Shown here in pieces: positions 34,625 through 43,667 of a stretch of DNA of 64,000 nt (positions are counted from its first letter, which is position 1; every line of letters begins with the position of its first letter). The notes below the pieces were generated by a model. That model did no database searches. It saw only the letters and a program-made list of their open reading frames with translations, and was not told the origin of the DNA. Both the position numbers and the translations under genes were made by a program. The stretch is from Tepidisphaeraceae bacterium (GTDB lineage: Bacteria; Planctomycetota; Phycisphaerae; Tepidisphaerales; Tepidisphaeraceae), in contig DASQDR010000048.1 in assembly GCA_035634055.1 (NCBI GenBank), forward strand, positions 35,492 to 99,491, given 5' to 3'.

Positions 34625-37600
34625 CTACACGCTGTGGATCATCCGGGCCGACAGGAAAACGAGGTGAACGCGGCTGACGCTCTGCCCGGTAATGCCTTTG
34701 ACCGCCCGGCGGTAAAGTTCCATCTGCGGCTTGTACCGCTCCACCCGCGCGGCGACGGTTTCGGGCGTGACGCGGTCGGTCTTGTAATCGACGATCTCCA
34801 GCCCCGCGGGCGTGGGAACGAGCACGTCGATGCGGCTGCGGACCATCACGCAATCCTCCGGGTCGCCCGAGGCGGGCGCGGACGGATCGAGCTCGTTCGC
34901 CGGCAGCGGGAAGTAGACCGGCAGCTCCCGGCGGACGCGTTTCGCGTGCGCGCGGATGAGCTGTCCGACGGCGCTGCCGACCAGCCAGCAGAGCGATTCG
35001 AGGTCCACGTGGTCCGCCTCGGCGGGCGCGATCAGCCGCTTGTCCGCCAGCCACTGCACCTGCTGCTTCAGGTCATCGATGTCGCACGGCCGGTCGAAGT
35101 CCAGGTGCTGGAGGGCCAGGTGCGTGGCCGAGCCGACGTCGGCGGCGGACGGCTTCACTTCCGTGCGCACCGCGCGCGGCAGCTCGAGCGTGCGGACCCA
35201 ATCGGTTCCCGGCGGCTCGGATGCGCTCGCGCCGTTGCCGTCAGCCCCGCGTGCGCCGCCGCCGCCGCCCCGTGCGCCCCCTGCGCTGCCCGCGCCGTGA
35301 GCCGGGTGCTTCGCCAGCGCCGTCGCCGCCTCGGCGGCCTGGATCCGCGTGAACGGCTGGTGCGGGTACTTCGCCGTCAAGCGGGCGATGATGCGGTCCG
35401 CCTCGTCGCTGGGCGGCGGCGGCGGGTCGAGCGGTTCCAGCCGGGCGAGGCGGCGCTGCCGCTCGCCGTCGGACGGGCGCATCGATTCCGGCGTCGGCCA
35501 CTGCGCGACATCGTCGCTGGCGTGGCGGACGACGCGGATTGGCTCCTGCGCGCCCTCGCCATCGCCGTGGCCGCGCTTGAGGATCGTGGCGACCGGCCCG
35601 AGCCAATCGAGCATGCAGCGCGCCCCGACGACGGCGTCGGCCGGCAGCGGACCGTCGCCGTGGCTTGCCCAGCGCGCCGCCCAGGTGTCGGGCGCGGCCT
35701 CGCGGCACGTGCCGATCAGCACCAGGTGTTCCTTGGCGCGCGTCATCGCCACGTACAGCACGCGCAGCTCCTCGGCCATCGCCTGTTGCCGCAGGCGGTT
35801 TGACACCAGCTTTGAAGCCAGCGACGGGTAGCGCACCTGCTTGGCCTCGTCGACCACTTCCATCCCCAGCCCGCCGTGGCGGTCGAGCAGGATCGGGCCG
35901 GAGCAGTCGCGCACGTTGATCGCCTTGCCGAGGTCCGGCAGGATCACGACGGGGAACTCCAGCCCCTTGCTGCGATGGATGGTCATGATGCGGACGACGT
36001 CTTCACCTTCGCTGGCGACCGACGGTTGGCCGAGGTCCGACTCCTCGCGCAGGCGGTCGAGGAACGCCAGGAAGCGCGCCAGCCCCTGCCGCTGGAAGGA
36101 GCCGAACTGCCGGGCGCGCTCGTGCAGGTCGATGAGGTTCGCCTTGCGCTGCTCCCCGTCGCGCAGGCCGGCGCAGAAGGCGAGGTAGCCGGTGGAGTCG
36201 TACACGTCCCAGATCAGCTCCGCCAGGGGCCGGCGCTGGGCCATGTCGCGCCAGCCGTCGAGCTGCGCCAGCACGTCGCGCAGCTTGGCTGCTAATTCGT
36301 CGTCGTGATCTTTGGCGTAGCGCACGACCGCCTGGTGGAACGGGACTTCCTTGCGGTCGTACGCCAGCCGCACGCGCGCCAGCGCGTCCTCCGCGTCGGG
36401 CAGCGCCGCGAGCGGGCTTCGCAGCAGGCCGGCCAGCGGGATGTCCTGCCGGCGGTTGTCCAGCACCTTCAGCAGGGCCAGGACGTCGCGCACCTCCATC
36501 GAATCGAAGTACCCGCTGCCGCTCTCGCTGTGGGTGGGGATGCCCGCGCCGCGCAGCACCTCGGCGTAGTCGTCCCCCTTGTAGCGCATGGAGCGGAGCA
36601 GCACGACGATGTCGCTGCGCCGGATCGGCCGGGGGGTGAGGATGCCGTCACGATCTTTCTCGATGACGCACATCGGCCGCCCGCCGTCGGCGCCCGTCAT
36701 CTGGCGAACGAGCCGCGCGACGAGCAGCGCTTCGCGCGCGGTGCGGTCCGGCTCGATCGCGTCCGCGCCACTGCCGCCACCACTGCCGCCGTGATCGTCA
36801 ATGCCGGCCTGCGGGTCGGCATCCACGTCGTGCGGCAGCAGGTGAAGCTCGACCGGCGCGCCGGCGAAGCACGACTTGCCGTCGCCGGCGGGGTATTTCA
36901 GCCCCGGCCGCAGCTCGTGCGTGTGGTCGTACTGAAGGTCCGCCGCCTCCTTCGTCATTAGCTTGGTGAAGACCTGGTTCAGCACGTCCAGCAGCGGCGC
37001 GCGGCTGCGGAAGTTGGCCTGGAGGTCCACCACCATCCCACCGCCCGCGCCCGCCCCGCCGCCTTCACGAAAGCGCTCGTGCCGCGCGAGAAACCGCGCC
37101 GGCTCGGCCAGCCGGAACCCGTAAATGCTCTGCTTCACGTCCCCGACGCAGAAAAGGTTGGAGGAGAAGGATGAAGGGGGATCGAGGAAGGATGAATCAG
37201 AAGCACGGCCGTCGGCGGCAGCATTTGTCTTTCCCTCTTCTTCATCCTTCCTCCTTCCGACTTCATCCTTTCCCGCGATTTCATCCCCCACGCACTCGCG
37301 GCTGGCGAGGCGGAGGATCCCGTCCTGCACCTCGTTGATGTCCTGGTACTCGTCGACCAGCACGTGGGCGAACTGCCTGTGCAAGAGGCGGGCGACGCTG
37401 GACGGGCGGTCGGTGTCGCCGTCGCGCAGGGCCTTGAGCGCCAAGCGCTCCAGGTCCGTGAAATCGACGCCGCGTAGCGCCGACTTCTCCTGCTGGTAGC
37501 GCTGCCCGAACGCCTGCACGAGATCGAGGAACAGCTCGGCGTGCGGGCGGACCGAGGCGATGCCTTCGATCCACTGCGCGGTCGTGAACCGCAGCGCCTG

Positions 37601-38617
37601 GCGGATCGGGCCGCACTTGATCTCGTCGCGCACCAGCTCCACCAGCGCCTTGGCCGTCTCCTTGCCCGGCGTGGCGTTGCTGACGGTCGGCAGCTTGGGG
37701 AGCTGGATCTCCGATTCCGCCGCCAGCGCGTCCAGCCCGTCGCTTTGCAGCACGGCCTGCCAGTGCGCGACGATCTGGCGGCAGGATTTGAGGTCTTCGA
37801 CGTACTTCGCGAAGCCGTCCATGCGCGACACGGCCGCGAGCGACGCGTCGCACTGCTGCGCGAGCGCGGCCAGGCGCCGGCGGAGGTCGGCGACGAGCTG
37901 TCGGCCCAGCTCCGATTCCTCCAGCGGCTTGCCCGCCGACACTTCCTCCAGTCGCCGCCGCGCGTCGGTCAGCCACTGCTGCGGATCGACCAGGCTGCCG
38001 AGCAGCTCGTGGGCGTCGATCAGCTTGGCCACCAGCCGCTCGTCGTTCCCCTCCGCGTAGGCGTCCACCAGCGCCTGAAACTGCTCCGACCGCGGCGGCG
38101 CGGCCTCGTACTGCTCCGCGAACAGCTCGCGCGCCACCTCCAGCCGCAGCAGCGCCGCCTCGTCGCCGTCCAGCACCGTGAACGCGGGGTCGAGCCCGAG
38201 CAGGTGGAAGTGCTGGCGGATCAGCTTCGCGCAGAACCCGTGCAGGGTGCTGACCTGCGCCCGATCGATGAGCGCGAGCTGGCGGCTGAGCCGGCGGTCA
38301 TCGGGGCTCCTGGACAGCCGCTCGTGCAGCGCCCGCTCGATGCGCGACTTCATCTCCGCCGCCGCCGCCTCGGTGAACGTCACCACCAGCAGCTCGTCGA
38401 CATCGCACGCCGGCTCGGCGTCGCAGACGAGGTAAGCGCAGCGCGCCGCCAGCACCGCGGTCTTGCCCGACCCGGCCGCCGCGGAGACGAGCAGGCTTTG
38501 GCCCGTCGTGGCGATGCCGGCCCACTGCTCGTCGGTCCAGTTCGTGCCGACCGGCTTGGGCGGGAGCTGGAATTTCACCACGCGGTCGCGCGTCGGCTTC
38601 TTCGCCTTAGTCGCCAT
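34625..38617 (-). CDS. addA: ATP-dependent helicase/nuclease subunit A (AddA/UvrD-like plus PD-(D/E)XK nuclease)
   Basis: Motif I AAAGSGKTAVL, motif II VLVDEYQDIN, motif III FCVGDVKQSIYGFR, motif VI VAMTRAKEHL, and a C-terminal nuclease (IDVLV...IVDYKT). Confidence 0.92.
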   Translation of the reverse strand: MATKAKKPTRDRVVKFQLPPKPVGTNWTDEQWAGIATTGQSLLVSAAAGSGKTAVLAARCAYLVCDAEPACDVDELLVVTFTEAAAAEMKSRIERALHERLSRSPDDRRLSRQLALIDRAQVSTLHGFCAKLIRQHFHLLGLDPAFTVLDGDEAALLRLEVARELFAEQYEAAPPRSEQFQALVDAYAEGNDERLVAKLIDAHELLGSLVDPQQWLTDARRRLEEVSAGKPLEESELGRQLVADLRRRLAALAQQCDASLAAVSRMDGFAKYVEDLKSCRQIVAHWQAVLQSDGLDALAAESEIQLPKLPTVSNATPGKETAKALVELVRDEIKCGPIRQALRFTTAQWIEGIASVRPHAELFLDLVQAFGQRYQQEKSALRGVDFTDLERLALKALRDGDTDRPSSVARLLHRQFAHVLVDEYQDINEVQDGILRLASRECVGDEIAGKDEVGRRKDEEEGKTNAAADGRASDSSFLDPPSSFSSNLFCVGDVKQSIYGFRLAEPARFLARHERFREGGGAGAGGGMVVDLQANFRSRAPLLDVLNQVFTKLMTKEAADLQYDHTHELRPGLKYPAGDGKSCFAGAPVELHLLPHDVDADPQAGIDDHGGSGGGSGADAIEPDRTAREALLVARLVRQMTGADGGRPMCVIEKDRDGILTPRPIRRSDIVVLLRSMRYKGDDYAEVLRGAGIPTHSESGSGYFDSMEVRDVLALLKVLDNRRQDIPLAGLLRSPLAALPDAEDALARVRLAYDRKEVPFHQAVVRYAKDHDDELAAKLRDVLAQLDGWRDMAQRRPLAELIWDVYDSTGYLAFCAGLRDGEQRKANLIDLHERARQFGSFQRQGLARFLAFLDRLREESDLGQPSVASEGEDVVRIMTIHRSKGLEFPVVILPDLGKAINVRDCSGPILLDRHGGLGMEVVDEAKQVRYPSLASKLVSNRLRQQAMAEELRVLYVAMTRAKEHLVLIGTCREAAPDTWAARWASHGDGPLPADAVVGARCMLDWLGPVATILKRGHGDGEGAQEPIRVVRHASDDVAQWPTPESMRPSDGERQRRLARLEPLDPPPPPSDEADRIIARLTAKYPHQPFTRIQAAEAATALAKHPAHGAGSAGGARGGGGGARGADGNGASASEPPGTDWVRTLELPRAVRTEVKPSAADVGSATHLALQHLDFDRPCDIDDLKQQVQWLADKRLIAPAEADHVDLESLCWLVGSAVGQLIRAHAKRVRRELPVYFPLPANELDPSAPASGDPEDCVMVRSRIDVLVPTPAGLEIVDYKTDRVTPETVAARVERYKPQMELYRRAVKGITGQSVSRVHLVFLSARMIHSV
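37160..37288. repeat. Hairpin element (GGATGAA / TTCATCC arms) inserted in-frame in addA
   Basis: AAGGATGAA occurs at 37167 and 37188. TTCATCC occurs at 37241, 37262 and 37280. The 129 nt are AT-richer than the surrounding gene. Confidence 0.7.
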
Positions 38618-41600
38618 CGCCGCCGCCCCCCTTCAGCACCATGTCCAGCACGTCCGAGCGCTTCATCGCCGGCAGCGAGAGGTAGCGGTTAAGGCCCGCG
38701 TCAAACCGGCAGACGCCGCGGTAGGGGCAGTTGGGGCACGGCGTGTCGCGCCCGATGCGATAGGGGCGCGCCTCGACCGAGCCGGCAATCATCTCGTCGG
38801 CGAGCTGCCCGACCTTGCGCTTCACGAAGCCGAGCAGCGCGGCGAAGGCGCCGGCGTCGGCGACGTCGGTGGTGTCGAGCTTGCCGAACCCGCCGTCCTT
38901 GTTGACGTGAACCTGCACGACCTGCGACGCGCCGCACTCCAATTCAGCGTCGAGCTGCTGAACGTATCGCGCGTCGAAGATCCCGCGCGGCTTCACGCGC
39001 AGGTCGAACGCCGGGTCCGTCTCGTCCGGCGCCTCGTCGGGATGATCCACGGATTCCAGGCTGCGCAGCAACTTGGCGTAGAATGCCGCCACGGGCGAGA
39101 CCTTCTTGCCGAACAGCTTCTCGCCGCTGGCCTCCAGCACCAGCAGGTAGGTCAGCAGTTGCAGCGAAAGCCCGTGGTAGACCTCGTGCAGCGCCAGGCG
39201 GTCGTCGCGCAGCTTGTAGTCGATGACGGCGACGGCGTTGCCGTCGCGCAGCAGGTCGACGCGGTCGATCTTGCCGTGCAGCCGCACGACGCGCCCGCGC
39301 GGGGTCTTCAGCTCCAGCGGCGGCAGGCCGTCGGCGCCCTGGCCGAAGCCCAGCTCCGCGTACGCCGGGCGGAACCCGCCGCGCGACAGCGCCGCCTGCT
39401 GCGCGGCGCAGACCTGCTCGACCGTCCTGCGCACGCGCTGGAGCAGGTACTTGTTGCGCGCGTTGCTGAGCATCAGCTCCCCGCGCAGCGCCTTGCCGGC
39501 GCGGTCGGCCAGCTCGCCGACCATCTGCCGGGTGATCTGCCGCTCGACCTCGCACCAGTCGGCGCGCTGCCGCAGCGTCTGGCGGACGACGCCCTCGAGG
39601 ATCTGGTGGTAGACGTTGCCAAGGTCCAGCGGGGTGACGTCCGATTGCTCGCGCTCCTGCAGCCCCAGCCCGAAGCGCGCGAAGTGCTTGAACGGGCAGG
39701 TGGCGAACGTCTCGATGCGCGTGACGCTGGCGTGCAGCTCGCCGCCGACCAGCCGCTGGGCCGTCTCGGGCGAGAGCCGCGCGTCGTTCTGGTAGCCGAC
39801 GGCGCGCCACGCGCGGAAGCGCATGATGTCGATGGCGTCGTCGCAGCAATCGTGCTGCCGCAGCCAGCCGTAGAGCGACGCCCAGGGCTGCTCGGCGTCG
39901 GCGGCGTCGTCGCAGCGGCGGGCCCAGCGCATCAGCGCGGTCACGAGCTGCCGCGGCGTGCCGATTCCCGCCGGGCCGGCGTCGGCCTCGCGCTCCTCGC
40001 GCGCGACCTCGTTGTGAGGGAACATCCGCCGCAGGCGCGCCCAGTAGCCGGAGCCGTTGATCGGCTTGTTGTCGTTCGACGTCGCGCGCGTCACCACCAG
40101 GCCGTGCGACGCGCGGGTGAAGGCGATGTACGCCAGCAAGTTCTCATCCAGCAGCCGCCGCTCGCTGTCGGGGTCGACGTCGAGGTGGTGGCTGCGCAGC
40201 GACCGCCGCTCGGAATCGGACAGCACCGAATCCTCGCGCGACACCCGCGGGAACTGCCCCTCCGCCAGCCCGAGCACGAACGCGGCGTAAACGCGCGTCG
40301 TCCGCGTCCGCTCCGCCTGCCCGACCAGCACCTGATCCACGCGCGGCGGCGTGAGGGCGAGGTCGAACTGCTCGAGCCCGGCCTCGAGGATCTCCACGAA
40401 ATCGCCCGGCGTGACCGCCGCATCGCCGAGCAGCTCCGCGAGCTGGTCGAACATCTTCACCAGCTCCGCCCACACCTGCTCGTGCTCGCCGCGCTGCTCC
40501 GGATCGTTGTTGGCGATGGCGTCATTGATCCACGTCGCCAGCGTGCCGCGCACGTCGAAGCGGGCGTACAGCTCGAACAGCTCCACGATCGTCTGTCGGA
40601 TCGGCCGCTTCTCCTCGGCGCGCAGGCGGGCGACGAACGGGGCGAGGCGATCGCTGACGTGGCGGCGGAGCCGCTCCATCTCCGCGGCCTCGGCGCGCTC
40701 CGCGAAGGCGGCGGCGTCCACGTCGTCGCCGTCGCCGCGGGCGATCGTGCGCGCGAACGCCCACGCGTCCGCGCCCGACCACGCGGGCCCGCCGCGGATG
40801 CGGTGGAGCAGCACGTAATTCTCCAGCGCCTCCGCCTGGTCGTGCTCGAGCCCGCACAGGCCGCTCTTGACCACCGCCATCACCGCATCGTGCGGCCAAT
40901 TGTGGCGGGCGATCTGAAAGACCGCGCGGGTGAATTGCAGCAGCGGGTGGTGTCCCGCCGAGCGCCGGCGATCGACGAAATACGGCACATCGTGCTCGCG
41001 GAACGATGCGGCGATCAGCTCGTCGTAGTCGTCGATATCACGGACCAGCACCGCGACGTCGCGCAGCCGGCGGCCGCCGCGCAGCATCTCACGGATCCGC
41101 CGCGCCACCGCATCCACTTCCCCGCGCCGGTCGGGCGCCTCGACGAACTGCACCGCCCAGCACTGCGCCTGCGGCCTCGCCCCGTCGAACAGCCGCGCCT
41201 CGACCTCCGCCAGCGCGCCGTCGGCGAACCGCCCCGCGCCGCGCAGCAGCAGCGGCGGCTCGACTTCCACCTGCGCCTCGGCCAGGGTGAGCACCAGCTT
41301 TCGGTAGGTGGTTTCCGTGCGATGAAAGAGGCTGAGGTCGTCCGGCAGGTGGTGGACGTCGCGAAGGGTCGGGCTGCGCGGGTCGATCAGCAGCGTGACG
41401 TCCACCCGCCCGCAGGTCTCGCCCAGGGCGACGATCATCCGCCGCTCGCGGTCGGTGAACTCGTGGAAGCCGTCGATGTAAACCGTCGCGCCGCGCAGCG
41501 GGCGGTGATCGTGCAGGCAGGCCAGGACCTGCTCGAGCCGGCGGTGCGGGTCGACGCGCTCCTGGCCCAGCGCGTCGCGGTAGGCGCGGTAGAGCAGGTG

Positions 41601-42113
41601 GAAGTCGGCGACCTTGTCGCGCAGCACGCGCTCCTCGACGCGCTCGCCGGCACTGTCGGCCAGCTCCTTCGCCAGCGCGCCGAGCGTGTCGGGATCCTTG
41701 CCGCAGCGCTCGAACTCGGCGAAGGTGGCGTCGAGCCGCGCGGCCAACCCGGGCTGGCGGGCGACGCTGCGGAAGAACTGGAGCTGGTCCTGGTGCGCGC
41801 GGAGCAGGTAGCCGAGCAGCATCTGCCGCCCGATGGCGCTGAGCTCCGGCACCGCCGCCCCGCCGCACGCGGCGAGCACTTCCTCGCCGAGCAGCTCGAA
41901 CGACAGCACGCGGGCGCGGCAGAATCCGTCAAGCCCGCTGCGGGTGGTCAGCTCGCGCTCGGCGGAGAAGGTGGCTTGCTTGGGAAGGATCCAGTAGATC
42001 GGCGGGCCGAGCGGCTCGGCGCGCATCGCCTCGACGATGGCATCGAAGCAGTGCTTCGTCTTGCCACTCCCCGCCCGGCCGATAACGAATCGAACGCCCA
42101 CGTCGCACGCCAA
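38607..42113 (-). CDS. addB: Helicase/nuclease subunit B (AddB-type, Fe-S cluster nuclease)
   Basis: N-terminal P-loop GRAGSGKT, PD-(D/E)XK region (GKIDRVD...VIDYK) and the terminal cysteine cluster CPNCPYRGVCRF. It overlaps the addA start by 11 nt. Confidence 0.88.
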   Translation of the reverse strand: MACDVGVRFVIGRAGSGKTKHCFDAIVEAMRAEPLGPPIYWILPKQATFSAERELTTRSGLDGFCRARVLSFELLGEEVLAACGGAAVPELSAIGRQMLLGYLLRAHQDQLQFFRSVARQPGLAARLDATFAEFERCGKDPDTLGALAKELADSAGERVEERVLRDKVADFHLLYRAYRDALGQERVDPHRRLEQVLACLHDHRPLRGATVYIDGFHEFTDRERRMIVALGETCGRVDVTLLIDPRSPTLRDVHHLPDDLSLFHRTETTYRKLVLTLAEAQVEVEPPLLLRGAGRFADGALAEVEARLFDGARPQAQCWAVQFVEAPDRRGEVDAVARRIREMLRGGRRLRDVAVLVRDIDDYDELIAASFREHDVPYFVDRRRSAGHHPLLQFTRAVFQIARHNWPHDAVMAVVKSGLCGLEHDQAEALENYVLLHRIRGGPAWSGADAWAFARTIARGDGDDVDAAAFAERAEAAEMERLRRHVSDRLAPFVARLRAEEKRPIRQTIVELFELYARFDVRGTLATWINDAIANNDPEQRGEHEQVWAELVKMFDQLAELLGDAAVTPGDFVEILEAGLEQFDLALTPPRVDQVLVGQAERTRTTRVYAAFVLGLAEGQFPRVSREDSVLSDSERRSLRSHHLDVDPDSERRLLDENLLAYIAFTRASHGLVVTRATSNDNKPINGSGYWARLRRMFPHNEVAREEREADAGPAGIGTPRQLVTALMRWARRCDDAADAEQPWASLYGWLRQHDCCDDAIDIMRFRAWRAVGYQNDARLSPETAQRLVGGELHASVTRIETFATCPFKHFARFGLGLQEREQSDVTPLDLGNVYHQILEGVVRQTLRQRADWCEVERQITRQMVGELADRAGKALRGELMLSNARNKYLLQRVRRTVEQVCAAQQAALSRGGFRPAYAELGFGQGADGLPPLELKTPRGRVVRLHGKIDRVDLLRDGNAVAVIDYKLRDDRLALHEVYHGLSLQLLTYLLVLEASGEKLFGKKVSPVAAFYAKLLRSLESVDHPDEAPDETDPAFDLRVKPRGIFDARYVQQLDAELECGASQVVQVHVNKDGGFGKLDTTDVADAGAFAALLGFVKRKVGQLADEMIAGSVEARPYRIGRDTPCPNCPYRGVCRFDAGLNRYLSLPAMKRSDVLDMVLKGGGGDGD

Positions 42114-42137
42114 GATAGCAGAACGAGCGTGGCGGCG

Positions 42138-42824
42138 TCACGGCGACGGAAGCGTGGCGGGCGCGGCGGGCGGGACGCTGGCGGGATCGGGCGCGGCCGC
42201 GGTCGTTGGCATCGCCGGCGGGACGTAGAGCGGCATTGTTGCCGGCTCGGTTGACGAAGCCTCCACGGCCGCCGGCGGCGACGGCGGCGCGGCGGGCGCG
42301 GCGGCGCGGCGGCCGCCCCACGCCAGGCCGGCGACGGCGGCGACCGCGAACATCGCGAACCCGAACGCCAGCTTGCTCACGATCCCGTAAAGCCTGCCCT
42401 TCGCCGCCCCCACGCCCACGCGCAGCGAGTGGCGCAGATCCTTGTCCGTTAGCTCCATCACGGCCGCCCCGATGAAGGCACCGAGGCACGCGCCGATCAC
42501 CTGCGCCACGATCGGGATGGGGATCACCGACAGGAAGATCGCGCCGAGGAACCCGCCGACGATCGCGCCGATCATCCCGCGCTTGCGCCCGCCGGCGGCG
42601 GCGGAACCGGCGGCGCCGGCGACGAATTCCACCACCTCCGCCAGCACCGCCAGCACGAAGACCGCGATGAACGACGGCCAGCCGACGTAGTTGTTCCACC
42701 CGGTCCACCAGCCGTACAGCCCGTAAGCGCCCACCATGAGCCACAGCCCGGGCAGGCCCAGGATGTTGACCAGCCAGCCGACCAGCAGCACGAGCAACAT
42801 CAGGAAGTAGTAGACCCAGTCCAT
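42138..42824 (-). CDS. DUF456-like small membrane protein with Pro/Ala-rich extension
   Basis: MDWVYYFLMLLVLLVGWLVNILGLPGLWLMV..., four or five TM helices and a Pro/Ala tail. Confidence 0.7.
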   Translation of the reverse strand: MDWVYYFLMLLVLLVGWLVNILGLPGLWLMVGAYGLYGWWTGWNNYVGWPSFIAVFVLAVLAEVVEFVAGAAGSAAAGGRKRGMIGAIVGGFLGAIFLSVIPIPIVAQVIGACLGAFIGAAVMELTDKDLRHSLRVGVGAAKGRLYGIVSKLAFGFAMFAVAAVAGLAWGGRRAAAPAAPPSPPAAVEASSTEPATMPLYVPPAMPTTAAAPDPASVPPAAPATLPSP

Positions 42825-42882
42825 TTGCGTTCAGCTCCTCGGTCGCCCCGCTCCGCTCCGGCTCCCGCGCCCGCACCGCGGG

Positions 42883-43596
42883 TCAACGTTGAACGATTTC
42901 GTACAGCTTCCACGCGCCCCACGCCAGCGCGGCGACCAGGATGATCTTGGCGAGCAGCGCGACCCACCGCGCCCATCGCCGCAGGCGCACCTGGCGGAAG
43001 ACGACCTTGTTCACCGTGGGGATCAGTTGCGCCTCGTCGGGCGTCAGGTGGGCGTAGGCGTCTTGCAGCTTTTTGACCAGCGGATCGTAATCCGCGCCCG
43101 CGACCAGGCGCAGCGCGTCCTCCGCCGCCTTCAGGTGGTTCTGCGCCGCCTCGGTGGAGCAGTCCATCGCCAGTGCGCAGTAGCGCGGGTTGAGCTTCTC
43201 GCCGTGCCAGAGCAAGAACGCCTCGCGCTGCTGCGCGTCGAGCTTGCGCACAGCCGAGACGAACGCGACGTACTCCGGCGGCGCGGGCGGCGCCGCCTGG
43301 AGCACCAGCACGTCCTGCCGCGGGTCGGCCGGGCGGTGGTGCGCCGAGCGGCGCGACGTCATGATCGTGAAGCGGTGATACCAGTTGGCCGGGTCGTCGT
43401 CCGGCTTCCACTTGGGCATCATCCTGACGCTGCGGTTGAGCACGAACCGCGCGATCCCGCGTCCGACGTCCCACCGCCCGGCCAGCGCGTAGGCGATCCG
43501 GTAGACCGGCGCCACCTGGCTTTGCAGCACGCGCTGCACCGCCGCCGGCTTGAGGCGGCGCGCGTCGTGGATGACATCGGCGTCGAGCAGCGTCAT
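42883..43596 (-). CDS. Sigma-70-like (degenerate region 2/4) protein with C-terminal TM helix
   Basis: VYRIAYALAGRWDVGRGIARFVL and LDAQQREAFLLWHGEKLNPRYCALAMDCSTEAAQNHL (region-4-like HTH), ending in the TM WVALLAKIILVAALAWGAW. Confidence 0.6.
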   Translation of the reverse strand: MTLLDADVIHDARRLKPAAVQRVLQSQVAPVYRIAYALAGRWDVGRGIARFVLNRSVRMMPKWKPDDDPANWYHRFTIMTSRRSAHHRPADPRQDVLVLQAAPPAPPEYVAFVSAVRKLDAQQREAFLLWHGEKLNPRYCALAMDCSTEAAQNHLKAAEDALRLVAGADYDPLVKKLQDAYAHLTPDEAQLIPTVNKVVFRQVRLRRWARWVALLAKIILVAALAWGAWKLYEIVQR

Positions 43597-43667
43597 GGCG
43601 GCCGCGCGCGATCTTAGCAGAACCGGCGCTCGCGCGTCGCCGCCCGGCGGCGTACGCTTGGCCGACC

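Noticed and set aside
33521-42113. addA/addB plus metallophosphoesterase as a novel defence island
   Set aside because: AddAB is a housekeeping recombination and repair complex with all its motifs intact. The phosphoesterase is a common membrane-associated family. There are no nuclease/ATPase pairs typical of defence systems and no mobile-element context.
38463-42254. Very long ORFs antisense to or overlapping annotated genes (1263 aa here; also 54221..58006, 7575..9518, 44879..47308, 47428..49698, 1334..2458)
   Set aside because: These are typical high-GC shadow ORFs. They are Arg/Ala/Gly/Pro/His-dominated with no motifs, and each lies opposite a gene with clear family signatures and correct GC3 bias.
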